DNA from: the human T2T-CHM13v2.0 reference genome, Homo sapiens
Strand: one strand, 5' to 3'
DNA: 64,000 bases
Assembly: GCF_009914755.1 (NCBI RefSeq)
Contig: NC_060933.1
The notes beneath the pieces are model-generated. The model saw only the letters and a list, made by a program, of their open reading frames with translations, was not told where the DNA came from and ran no database searches. Shown here one piece after another: positions 1 to 13,460 of this stretch. The position numbers and the translations under genes are program-made. Numbering within the stretch: position 1 is the stretch's first letter; every line of letters starts with the position of its first letter.

Positions 1-430
1 AAGGGGAGACAACCCAAATGTCCACCAACTGATGAATGGAGAAGTAAAATGTAATATACTCATTCAATAGAATGTTATTTGACAATAAAAAAGGAATGAA
101 ATACTGATACATGCTACAGCATGGATTGACCTTGAAAACATTTTTCTAAGTGAAAGAAGCCAGACACAAAGACCATAAACTGTGTTATTCCAATTGTATG
201 AAATGCCCAGAAAAGGCAAATCCATAGAGACAGAAAGTAGATTAGTGGTTGCCTGGGGCTGGGAGTGGGAAAGAGGATTAACTGTAAATGTGCAGAGGAA
301 TCTTACTGGGATTCTAAAACTGGATTATGGTCATGGTTGCACAATTTGGTAAATTTACCAAAAGTCACTGGATCATATGCATCGAGTGGGTGAATGATAT
401 ATGTAAATTATACCTCGATTTTTAAAAATT
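1..430 (+). mobile_element. Old LINE-1 3' end (L1MB/L1ME type)
   Basis: Typical L1M 3' motifs: caacccaaatgtccaccaactgatgaatgg, ctaagtgaaagaagccagacaca, ggcaaatccatagagacagaaagtagattagtggttgcc. Confidence 0.85.
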
Positions 431-614
431 AAATATAAGAACAAATAACAAGGGTCATTGATCTGCTTTCTTCAAGGACTGACTTTCATCTCTTTTTCCC
501 CAATGGCTGAGTTCTAGGTGCTTCCTCTAATGATCCACAGTGATGTCTTCAGCTTCATTTCACAGCCACACTTGTAGTGGCTCACATCTTAACAATGGAT
601 CAATCACGAAACCC

Positions 615-1265
615 ATTCATTCATTAAGAAAAGATTTTCTGAGATCTTTGTATGAGCCAGGCACTGTGCTGGATACTTAGGACAAAATAGGAAACAAGGC
701 AAATGTGGTCCCTTGCAGTCCCAGGGCTGAGGGTTACAGACACATAAGCAGGCAAAACAATACAGCAGTGTGTGCTACAACAGGGGCAGGGATGGTGGGG
801 AAGACACACATGGCACACAGGTGGCGCCTCTCACCTTGATTTTGATATCAGAAATTCCTGAAAAACTAACTTTTAGCTGAGGTCTAAAAGGCAACTATGG
901 AAACAAGGATGAGGCCAAAGGAAAAGAGTTTTCCATGCAGAGGAAACAGCAGATACAGAAGCCTAGAGGCAAGAGAGATAGAACATGTGAGGAACGGATG
1001 CTACTCCATCTAAATAGGGCATAGTGTTAGAGGCAATGAGTAGAAGAGAAGTTTCAGAAAAGTTAATGGGGGCCAGATGACAAAGAGCTTCATAGGCACA
1101 TTAAAGAGCTGGGGCTATACCCTGAGGGGTATGGGGAGGCAGTGCAGTGTTCTCAGCAAGTGAGTAATATAATCAGATTTGGGGTTTGCTGGAGATGAAT
1201 GGAAGAAGCCAAAACTAGAAACAGGAAGACCCGTTCATTAGGAGGCTGTTGGAGATTGTGACCTG
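615..1265 (-). mobile_element. L2 fragment
   Basis: (ATTC)n start followed by gagccaggcactgtgctgg and a purine-rich body, matching a reverse-complemented L2 3' end. Confidence 0.7.
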
Positions 1266-1429
1266 GGCTGGAGAAGAGGCAGAAGCTGCCATGGAAAAAA
1301 ACTATTTCCCTTATGAGAAGTGGCTTGCTCCTACGTGCCATCAATTCACCCCTCCTTAGGCCTTGGTATAAAATACCAGGGCCTCCTAGAATTGACCAGG
1401 TAAAACATCTCTTATTCTAGCCCTTTCTA

Positions 1430-1990
1430 CTCCAGCTGTTTCCTTGATGTAGATATCCTCCTTCCTTTGTCTCCCTTAGCCTGTCGAAACCCTATGCATC
1501 TTTGTCTCAGTTTAGAAGTCCTCCAGGAAGCCATCCCTGACAACCCAGCCACACCCTAATCTGGGCTAGTAGCCTCTCCTAGATGCTCCCTTTAAAACCT
1601 GTACATATTCTTTACATAGCATATACTGTATCCCTTTGCAATGGAAGTATCCCCATGTTGATTTTCTCTGTCTTGTCACTAAACAAGGACTGTCCAGTAG
1701 AACTTCTGATGATGATGGAAATGTTCTACATTTGCACTCTCCACTATGGTTGCCACTAACTACGTGTAAGCACTTGAAATGTGGCTAGTGTAATTAAGAA
1801 ATTGAATTTTTAATTTTATTTAATTTTAGCTAATTTACGTAGCCACATGTGGCTAGAGACTACCATATTGAACAGCACACTAGACATTACATTTTGTAAG
1901 CACAGGTTGTGTATCTTGTTCACTGCTGAAACCCTGGCATGCGAAAAAGCACTAGGCACGTAATAGAAACTTGATAAATATTTGGGAATT
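1430..1990 (+). mobile_element. L2 3' fragment interrupted by MER3
   Basis: cctccaggaagccatccctgac ... tgtatcttgttcactgctg ... ggcacgtaatagaaacttgataaatatttg. Confidence 0.65.
1684..1880 (+). mobile_element. MER3 (hAT-Charlie MITE)
   Basis: ctgtccagtagaacttctgatgatgatggaaatgttcta ... tagccacatgtggctagagactaccatattgaacagc matches the MER3 consensus. Confidence 0.85.
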
Positions 1991-2027
1991 AACGCATAAT
2001 ATACATGTGCTCTGAGTGCACATATTT

Positions 2028-2170
2028 TTATTCATTTATTCATTCATCCAATAAACATTAATCAAGCATCTATAATGGGCCTAGTAGTGTTCTAGATATC
2101 AGGGTCACAGATCAAGTGTCCTGCTTTTGTGGAGGTTATGCTTTAATAGGGAAGGCAGAAAATAAACACA
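2028..2170 (-). mobile_element. L2 3' fragment
   Basis: ttcatttattcattcatccaataaacattaatcaagcatctata, the L2 tail in reverse. Confidence 0.6.
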
Positions 2171-3560
2171 GAAGCAAAAAAAAAAAAACAACTAAAACTG
2201 AACAAAAATAAACAAAAAAAATTTCAGAGACAGACAGGTTATTAAAAAAAATAAGTAAGGCAAGGTTAAGAGATAGTGCTGGAGTGAGTATGTGTAGTCT
2301 TAGTGACACCTCATCTCACTCATAGCCTTTGCCACAGCCTCTGCTGCCCAGCATAGGCTGCATTCTAACACATATCAAACAAAACTCATGGTGAAAGTTA
2401 ATGGAACAAACTTTAACAAAAAGTAGGATAATTGCTCAAAAATAAATTCTGCTCTCTGATCATCTTGTCATAAAAGCTTTCAAGTGCGCATTTTTGTGGA
2501 ATGGAGGCAGTGGCAAAATTGACCCATATTCTGTTTCAAAGCTATCAGTGTGTCAAACGGTTGGCCCCAGCAGGCGGAGAATTTCTGCAAACTTTAAGGA
2601 AAAACATCTTCTGGATTACTTAGTGTCACAACATGTGTCGGAATCAGCAGCCAATCAATATCTCCATCGGCACGTATGTCTTCTGTGTGCAGTAACATTC
2701 ACCCCACATTGACTGAGAATCTCCCTAACTGCCAGGGCTATGCTAAGTCCCAAGATAGAAACCTTTTGGTGTCTGCCCTCCCCAAGCTCCCACGCCAGGA
2801 GGAACAACAGAAATCACACATAAAATACGAAAGACAATGTGGGCGCAGTTTAGTGTGTCACTTTTTTTCTTCTGGTTTTCATTTAGCTTCCTTAATGTTC
2901 TTTATCCCTGTCATAAAGTCTCTAAGGACGCTGTATTCTTTCCTAAGACCAAGGTTATTTCACAATTTCACTTCTTGGATAAAATGAAATTTTCCTTAGC
3001 TACTGTGGCTTGTTACACCATTGAGATTACAAATTGCGTAGCTGGGAAACATGTTAGAATACAAAATGCATTTCATAGGCTGGAAAAAAAATCAGCCTTG
3101 CAAGGCTGGTCAATGGCATATAACTTGAACTAATCATTTATCCAAGAGGGGATTCACAGACAGGCTCACCTGGACTTTAAAAACTATTTGCTCACCTCAC
3201 CTGTTTGTGAGAGTTAAGTGAGAGAGGGTGAGACAGCTCTCCCTGTACTTTGAAAAGCCCTGTACAGTGATTAGAACAAAAACGATGGCTCTACCCTTAC
3301 AGCATTACTTGATGGTGCAGAGATTCACAAAGAGTGGAGCAAAGAAGGGAGATTGGAAATGCAGTCTCATGAAGGTAAGGACAAAACTCTAAGACCACTT
3401 CCAACCTCCTCCTTGAAGAAGTGGATTAATACACAGGCAAATAAATTTACATGAAAGCCTTCCAACCTCCCCTCTGAAAGTCTCCAATTAAAACTGGTCT
3501 AAACATCCACATGCACCGTTATTGGCCACAGTTTTGCCTGTGAGGGGAGAGATGAGAGGA

Positions 3561-3627
3561 GTGTGTGTGCATATGTGTGTGTGTGTGTGTGTGTGTGTAT
3601 AAATACATATGCATATGTAATATATAC
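3561..3627. repeat. (TG)n/(TA)n microsatellite
   Basis: Seen directly. Confidence 0.9.
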
Positions 3628-4432
3628 AGTCAACTTACAGTTGGAGAGGAAGTTCCCCTCTTTTTAAATCATGATTGTAAGTGTTGTGGGGGATGCACAA
3701 AGCCTATCATTTATGGTGAAGGAAAAAAATCTGTTTGGTCTTATTACAACTCTACTAAGAAAAGATTCCTGAATTTCCCAATGCTCTGCTTTCATTTTCC
3801 AAATGTCCATCAAAAAACCCTGGAGCTTCACTATAATGCTATCGCCTGGGTCTATTCCACAGAATCATCTTTCTATGATTCAATTCCCATGCAATGAATG
3901 TTCCCATCATCAGCTTCCATTTCCAATACCTACTGAAAGCTGTAGATTCTGAAAACACGTCCATATAATTTAACCACTTCAAAGTTTCCTCATAACATTG
4001 TGGTACTACAAAGTCATGTTCCAGCTTTCAATGTTTGTCTTCTTCAACAGTATGACAATACTTGGTTGGTGTTTGCCTGCCTTTAAAAGAAAGGCACACT
4101 CAGTAGTTTTCAATATCGTTTTCAAAAATGGTTCAAGCAATATAGGGAAAGACATTTAAGAATTTAAAACTAAAAAAGCTGATTCTAATGAAATTATTAA
4201 TTCAAATATAACTCTCATTTTGATGCTGGACTCCATGATGCTTGGGCTGATGGTCCAGTTGCGGCCTTCCTAATGTTTGAGAAAATTAGGTCCACATAAA
4301 TTGACTACATATACTCAGAGAAGATTGTTTAAAAAAAAAACTTTGACTTTTTCTTCCATTTAAATAGATGCCAGGGTAGTTTTTATTCCTTAGTTCTAAA
4401 TTAATTTCATGCAAGAAGAAAATGTGGGTTGA

Positions 4433-4721
4433 GGCCAGGCACGGTGGCTCACACCTGTAATCCCAGCACTTTGGGAGGCCGAGGTGGGCAGATCATGAGG
4501 TCAGGAAATCGAGACCATCCTGGCTAACATGGTGAAACCCCGCCTCTACTAAAAATACAAAAAAATTAGCCGGGCGTGGTGGCGGGTGCCTGTAGTCCCA
4601 GCTACTCAAGAGGTTGAGGCAGGAGAATGGCGTGAGCTTGCAGTGAGAAAGGCGGAGCTTGCAGTAAGCTGAGATTGCGCCACTGCACTGCAGCCTGGGT
4701 GACAGAGCGAGACTCTGTCTC

Positions 4722-4755
<34 letters not shown>

Positions 4756-4766
4756 GAAAAAAAAAA
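4433..4766 (+). mobile_element. AluY-type, full length
   Basis: Two arms, gagaccatcctggctaac and gaatggcgtga diagnostics, A/GAAAA tail, 17-bp TSD aagaaaatgtgggttga. Confidence 0.95.
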
Positions 4767-6512
4767 AAGAAAATGTGGGTTGAATTGGAAAATTCATTGG
4801 ACTTAGAGCCCCAGCCAGGGTTCTGAAGGAAGGTTGGGGAAAGCCAATGTTCGGCTGCCATTTATGAGTTCATGGTGATGCATACCTAGTTGCTTCTTGT
4901 TTTAAGCTCTATCCCAATATGCCTATGCCTTCCAGTGCACTCAAAGTCCAATGTGGCCTAGGATTCAGGTTTCGAAACTCCCAAGACTTTACCAGTAAAC
5001 TTATTCTTACCATAGCTGTTCATTCTCCACCTGAAGAACAGGATGTGGGGGAGGGGCTGTCATAACAAACAGAGATGAAGCAGACAAGGAATGTCACGTG
5101 CATTATGTTAAAAATCAAAACCCCTCCTCTCTTGAATAGCAAATTGAAATTGATCTGATTTGCACAATAGCCTAAGAGCACAGAGGCCTCAATACATTAA
5201 CAAGTGAACATTCAAAGGAGAATGGAGCCACATTAAAGGGATTCAGCTGCTACCAGGACTTGTGGTTCTATAAAATCCAAGAGTCATGGTTCCAAAGTTA
5301 ACTCCAGTTTGTATTTGTCAGCCCCTTCTGTGATCTCTCCCATGCCCAAGGAACAATTAAATGCGGTCTGGAAACATGAAGTAGAGAACCAAGGTGACAG
5401 GCTCATCAACATAGTCATGAACCCAAAACCCTAGCACCCAAAGAGGACTTTCATGCTTCAAAAGAATGTGTGCTGGGAAGAACATAGGGTATGCATGTGC
5501 ACTCATTCATTCAGCTCAGGCTCCATATCTGGTTGTAAACCATTTGCCCTAAAAGCACTGTGGTATTTAAAAATAAAAATTTTAAAAACTTGTTTAGTCT
5601 TCATCCCAAGTCTATCAGAATCCAGCCTCTCACCCTAAGGGCAGTCACAACAAAGACAACTGACTCTTTCCAAGCGGGGACATCATGGGCAGACATTTCT
5701 AAGAGTGAAGTGCACTTATATATAGTATACAGCATGGACTACTGTCCATGTGTCTCAAGGTATCATCTGCCTATAAAGAGATCAAGAAATGTCACTGTGT
5801 TTAAGGCAGGCTACTTGTAGTACCCTCAGCTCCCCACAGTTATTCCTTCAAAAGACATGCCTTATGTATATATTTTAGAGTGCTGAACTCTGAAAAGATA
5901 AAGCCAATGTGGTTTAATTTACCTGTCACAGGCCCAGGGCAGGATTCTAGAACCTGTGGTCTCTTAATAAGTAAGCCGTGAGCAAAAATAACTCCTCATT
6001 TTCAGGTCACTTTCCGCTGGCATCCCAAATCACAATTCAAACAAAATTAAAATAAACAAAGGGGTTTCCGTGGAATTAAATTCTGCAGCAGCATGAAATA
6101 GTATTTAATAAAACAACCAACAGACAATAATGGCCTCTTTAAAATTAATGCAAGATGAGGACTTACAAACATATGGGACTTATTTAGCATCTGCTGTGAG
6201 ATTGAAAAGCTCATCAAAATGGACTTTTCCTTCTCCCTCCACTCACATTAAGATTTATTTGGATTCTGCTACAAAAGAGATAGCATAATATGTCCAAGTG
6301 GATCTCCTTATTCACAAACCCAATCCTGTTCCTCCACAATCTTATCCATCTACCCAGTTGCTGCAGCTGAAAAGCCACATGCCATCCTTAATTTGTCTCC
6401 TCCTTTCTGCTACCACATCGTATCAATCAGCGAGTCTTTGATGATATTTAACAAATCTATCCCAAATCCATTTACTTCTCCCCATCTCCACTGCAACCAC
6501 CATGGTCTAAAC

Positions 6513-7010
<498 letters not shown>

Positions 7011-7565
7011 AACTCTCAGTCATCATCACCTTTCTCCTAGTCTCTCACAAGAGCTCTTCACTTCCCAAAGCCCAGCTGATCTTTTAAAAATGTAAATCAC
7101 AGCTCCCAACTCTAAACACTTTCATGGCTTTATCTTCCACAGAGCACTCATAACTATCAACAATTGTCCTTTCTCTTCCTTTATTCTTTCTCCTTTTCTA
7201 GAATGTGAGCCTCATGAAAGATAAAATTGGTCATTACTGTATCCCTATTATCTCCAGCATTGCCTGGCATATAAGTAAGAGCCCAATGAATAAATGAATT
7301 TAGAACAGAAAGCAATGACTGATTTACCACAATCCTCCACTAATGGAGGTGATTAGTGAATCCTCCAGGAATATAGCCAAATGCTTTGAGCTTCTGAACC
7401 TGACATGCCAGTAGGTTGTCCTGAGACATCCATGTCCTCTTCCACGGTCTCCCCTGTGACCACTGACATAAACGAGACCTGACCAACATCAAGTACATAG
7501 GCTAGAGACACAAGATTTAGGTCTTCAAACAATCTTAGCATCTTAGGAGTGCCATGTTTTAACTT

Positions 7566-7746
7566 AGAACTTTTTAAACACTGTATTCTTACTGTGGTAT
7601 GACAAGACAAGGGTAATCTGGACACTCACAGCCCCCAGGCCCATTGACTGCATCCTCTACAAATTATATCCATTTAACTTAGTGTAGTATACAAATGTCA
7701 CTGTTTCCTATGCACATCAGGATACAAAAAGGGTTAAGAAGCACTC
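7566..7746. mobile_element. MER105-like hAT MITE
   Basis: gacaagggtaatctggacactcacagcccccaggcccattgactgcatcctctacaaattatatcc ... aaagggttaagaagcact resembles the remembered MER105 consensus. Confidence 0.65.
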
Positions 7747-8851
7747 TAAACCACTGAGCCTACCCTCAATAAATGTGACCAAACCCAGCAATCTCAAACG
7801 ATCATTCAACTATTTGGAACACAGTCACATCTCTCATACCCATAGTGAACAGAAAGAAAGATAAAATACCTCCAGTTCCTAACTTGATGTTAGTTAAGGC
7901 GGTCACTATTCTGAGCATCTTTCAATGAAAAAAACATGAATACCTTTTTTTAAAAAACCCACAAATAGTGCAACTGAGCTGGGAGGAAGTGGGGGCTTTG
8001 GCTGGTATCGGCAGCACGTGCAGCAGGTCCACGCAGAGCAAAGCAGGGGTGGAGCCTGTCCAGCTGCTACGTATTTCCTAGGTCTCCCTGCTGAGAGAGC
8101 CTAGAAGCAATGACACCTTAGTAGCAATAAGCACACCCAGCACTCAGATCTTGGTTTCTAAATACCACTGTCCACTAAAAGTAACCACGGCTCTCTGTGG
8201 AAATGGCTGATTCCAGAGCTAAGGCAAGAAAGCAGTGGATGAGCTCAGAAAATCTTTTTGTACCAAAAAGTAAGGAATTGATCAAAGAATAATAAGGACA
8301 TTTTTATAGGACTCAACGGGCTGCATAAAAGGGCTCCCACTGACTAAACAGGGACATTTTTAACATCAAAATAACTATTGATAACAATGGACTATAATGC
8401 AATGAAGTAACAGTAAAAATCCATGACATATTATATAAATAAATAATCTTTCTAAAACTTTGTAATAGTACAACCAATAAATTTAGAAAGAATGATGGAG
8501 TTAGAAAATGATTAGCTTTTATCCTAAGAGCAGAGGGTAAAAGTTTGATGAGCAATAAGATATTTAAATAATCTCAAAATAGCTTCACATCAAAAACTTA
8601 TTAATCACTTGTAAATTCGTGGGCACGAAATCTTTATTAATTAACTTCACAGTAGAGAAAACTGGCACACAGTATCTTAGCCAAGGGATAGAAGTTAACA
8701 CCACCAGCATTAGACAGATTGATGCCCACTGATGTAATGCACTGAGAACATACATCATGTCTGTGGTATTTCTGCCCAAAGTATATAGCCTGGGCCTCAC
8801 CATGAGGCAACATCAACAAAGTAAGTGGCAAGTCTTCAAAAATGCCAAGTC

Positions 8852-8986
8852 AAACTGGGCATACTGAGGCATGTCTGGAGTCCCAGCGACTCAGGAGGCT
8901 GAGGCAGTAGGGTTGAGCCAGGAGCCAGGGGTTCAAGGCCAGCCAGTGCAACATAAGTGAGACCCCATTTCAAAGAAAAAAAAAAA
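8852..8986 (+). mobile_element. FLAM (free left Alu monomer)
   Basis: Single degenerate left-arm monomer with an A tail. Confidence 0.75.
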
Positions 8987-9034
8987 GCTATCATCAAAAT
9001 AAAAAATAAAAGACTGAGGAACCATTCCTCATTA

Positions 9035-9248
<214 letters not shown>

Positions 9249-12200
9249 GTGTTTCTCTGGGTTGGATCTTAGTGCAAAAAGGAAAGGGAAAAATAGAGGA
9301 TATCTTTTTTCTTTTTTCATTTTCTAGGACCTACACACTGAAGTATTTTGAGGTTGTAAGACAAAATGCCTACAACTCACTCTTGAATGATTCAGCAAAG
9401 AAACGTACATACATACATGCATAGGTAAAAACTCTTGTCATTTTTGAAGAGTAGAAAGAGAAAATGATAAGGCAGAAATGAGGTAAAATGTTAAAATTCA
9501 GGGAATCTGGGTGAAGGGCATATGGGAATTCTTTATATTCTTCTTAAACCTTTTCTGTAGGTTTGAAATTATTTAAAAATTTAAAACTTAACCAAAAATA
9601 TATTGGTAACAAATGAAAAGAAAAAGAAATAAATTATTTTTTACTTGGCATTTTCTTGGAAACTTCAAACATGTGCAAAACACATGTATCATGCAGGGTC
9701 CATGAATTAGCTGGAAAATATTCTTCTCCCATTCTCCTTAGATGAATGGAAATGTAAAGATCAATTAGTGAAGCAAGAGGCTTCGAAATTTCTCTAGATT
9801 TAATTCAGATACCTGACTTGATTTTTTTTTCAAGTCCCCCCTTTAATATCAAAGAATGTCTGAATAAAGAACTACCAGTGTATGGAATGGAAAATCTAAT
9901 ACTTGCCTTTGGTTACCAGGGGGTTATACCAGAAGAGAAAGGGGCAAAGATAACATATGGAAACACATTACAAAGGAGCAGAAATGGTGGAGAAAAGCAC
10001 CGTGTGCCTCCAATGAAAGAAAGAGGCCACAACTTGTCCCCAGTTTGAGACAAGAACCTAAAAATCTTGCCTTTCAGGCCACCATATCTCCATCTTCTAT
10101 GCAAAATAGTTATTTTGGGATCCATCTGTATGGCAAATCCAGGAAGACTTCATGCCACTTATTTAAGAGTCTGGGCTCCATCCTATGTACAGCTCTGCAA
10201 AGCATGCTGGGACCCGATCAGCTGCCTGTGCACAGAACCAGAAAGGGAAGGAGAAGCTACTTTGGCTCTTGAGTTGAAGTTTAGCCACAGACCTCAAGGG
10301 AGCATCCAGATTTATCTGGTTTTGACCATTCATGCTGCCAGTAACACCTCTGGACTCCCTTCCTCCCTCCCTCTTCTCCACCAGGGTCAGTGAGATGATG
10401 AGTGTTCCATCACTTTGTAAGCTCTAAGTGCTGTACAGCTATAGGCCATTATGTACCACAGCTTCTTCACTAAACACGGTAGCAAAGTACACCTTCCTCT
10501 TTCTCTTCTCCTATTGCAACCCCAAACAAAATACTATTCTCTCTACCAAAGTTCCTCCCACTACCTGCTTATTTAACAAATTCTCTCTGCATCAGATTTC
10601 TCATAACTCAGTTCTTCCAGAAGGCCATATGCTGATTCATCTTAGGACCTAGAAAATGGACAGGCAAGAATGAGATGCTTAGAATCGGCCTACCCTATCC
10701 CCCTGTGTTTACCTGACCCTTTCTTTTGTGAATCACTTAACACTCACCACCTACAATAAACATAAATAGACCCAGCCAAGACTTTGCTTAACCCCATGGT
10801 ACTGGAGTTTGCCAAATGTTTCAAGTCACAGTGTCATTATCTAATGTCAAGTGCGTGCACAGATCACTAATTTTGCAGGCAAGTGTTTGGATGTGAAGGT
10901 CAAAGAACAGTGCTACTGTAAGAGGAAGAATAAAAACATCACCCAGACTAGATATGGGCAGCACCAAGTCCAGAGGAATGCATTATACTTTAACTGTGGG
11001 CTCGCATTTTGTGTCTTAACAAATTTGTTTAGCAAGTGCATATGTTTGAGATAAAAGACATCAAATTCATTTTGCTGTCAGTAAGATTCTAGCATTCCAT
11101 TTCTCGGGCTGAAATGCTCATTCACGAAGCTGCACTGAGCAGAGGGAACGGGGAATAATGGATTATGCTCTGTTCTGCTTATCTCAGTAGCCTTCAGGTT
11201 TACTCCTTTAACTGTTGTTCCTTAGGGAATTAGGGAACAAACAGCACTCCTTAGGTAGGCTGGGATCTTTCCAAGAAAGAGAAAGATCACTTTTTGAGTA
11301 CAGACATCTCCCACACCTACACTTCACAAGCAGAAACCTTTTCATATTTATGAAGTGTCTATGAGATAATCTGGTCCAAATTTTTCATTTTACAACTTAA
11401 AAAATGAAATGACAGCTGGAAAAAGGAATTGAACATCCGCACTGCCTCTTCTTCCTCTCCACCCCAGCACATTGCCACATACCTTGAAGTTGGAGTAAGA
11501 AGACTCAAGACTTACTACCACTTCTACTGTGTCACTTTGGACAAGTTATTTAATCTGGTGGGTGAGAAGGATACACAGCCTAACACTGCTTCTAATATTT
11601 ACATTCTACGATTCACTCCCCTGAGATTAAAAGCCTGTTAAGTGTGCCTCCCTCAAAGACTCAATCGGATTGCCTCACAAACAAACCATACAGAGCCAAG
11701 TTTCTCTAATATTTCTCAAGCCCACTGCCTCCTCCTTTTAGAGACCCACCTTTATTTTCTCTAGAACCTGGGTCCCCTGTTTATTCTCAGGGTTGATCTA
11801 AGTTCCCTGATGAAAGAAGTTTGTTTTAATCGGCCTCTAAAACACCACGTGAACAACCACTACTCACATTCGAAGTCACTTCCCATGAATGTGAGCAAAC
11901 AAGTTTGCTAGAAAAGCTAACCTGAAACTCCCTTAGGCTTCTGGCCAATATTTTTAAATTCCACCTATGTTTCAAAATTAAGGTTTTGGATTTTTCTATT
12001 TGCTTAAAATACTGATTTTTTCTACATTTTCTGGTTTTGAGTACTAAGGATATTTTATGAGGAGGAACATCCCAGGCAGTATAATTACAAATGTCGGGAA
12101 TTCTACATGTGAAGACCTGTTCTCTAATAAATTTCTGATCCAATTTCACTGTTGTTCCTACAGTGAAAACAAAACAAACAAATAAACAATACGGGGAAAA

Positions 12201-13254
12201 TGCCATCAAATTCAACAGCTTCTACACTTCTACAAAAAAGATCCAGAAAAAAAAAAACCCCACCAGAGTAAACTGCTAAACTCACAATTAGAAACATGTT
12301 GAAAGTGCCAAATGGTATTTATACTGAGACAAAGAAAGCTTGCAAATCACACACAGTGGGCTCAGAGCAAACTGCGCACTCTCACTTGGAGCCCCTTGCA
12401 CTCTGATTAAAACCCACATTATAACCCTGAGCCTTCACTCAACTCCTATAGGGCTCAGTTTCCTCATCTAGAAAGGAAAGTGATTGACCAAGGTGATCTC
12501 AGAGAATATTTCCAGTCTTAAAAAAATATTCAATCGTGATGATAACCAAGTAAGTAACAGCTTGCTAACAAACTGTGACTATTTCAATGATTTGTCATCT
12601 GGCCGTCTCACTGGTGACAGCTTCCAAAGGTGTATGAATGTTTACCATTGAGATGTTCTGTGAGATGTCGTTCATCATACACTGTCCTCTTTATGAGGAC
12701 TCCCTGGGAAAATCACTATCTTGTGTCTCATCATTAGGAAGAGTTCTGTGCTTCACTATTTAACCTTATGGACACTAAGATTCTACACAGCTGATTGTTT
12801 TCTCACCGCATTGGCTACAGGAAAATCCAGAACCAAATCTCTGGCACACCTCTAGCAAATGGAACAGGGCTTACGAGACGCATTTTGAGTCCTAACTTCA
12901 CCCTTTGTTACATCCCACTTTCCCTTCTCCTATTCCCCCACTTACCTGTTTTTCATCTTTTTCTGTTTTTTTTTTTTTATTTCTATCTTTGAAAGCTGCT
13001 TTTAACTGTTTTTGGAACAAAGGAAGTATTTCAAGCTATTTTCATTTACTGACATCAATGTTGAACAGCAAAATCATTCTTTTAGTGACTTGCACTTTTC
13101 AAACACTGTCAATATACCAACCAATGTAATGTTCTGGTATACATAATTCTATGCCAAGATTTAGATCACGATTATCACTATGAGTATCGTTATCATTACT
13201 ACAATATTTTTAAACTATAATAATATACTATTTATATAGATCTTCCTACTATTT

Positions 13255-13460
13255 TTCTGGTAAGCCTTCACATTTGCAATCTCATTTGACTTGCACAATA
13301 ATCACACGAGATAGTTAAGCAGGCATTATTACGGCTGTCTTCATTTCTACAGATAAGGAAAATGAGCCTCAGAGACGTTAAGGAGCTTGCCTATATATAC
13401 AAAGTTGGTAAGTTAATAAGATGAGACCAGTTTTTTTCTTCTAAGTCTTGCATTTTCCCC
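13255..13460 (-). mobile_element. MIR
   Basis: MIR core in reverse: catttctacagataaggaaaatgagcctcagagacgttaaggagcttgcc. Confidence 0.75.

Noticed and set aside
7353-7625. 90-aa minus ORF with an acceptor-like tgtgtctctag at ~7501
   Set aside because: It starts inside a MER105-like element, the downstream donor is weak (CAG|GTTCAG) and the peptide is unrecognised.
10742-10770. Minus-strand tgtAG|GTG|GTGAGT, a possible 3-nt micro-exon
   Set aside because: Too short to tell from chance without reads.
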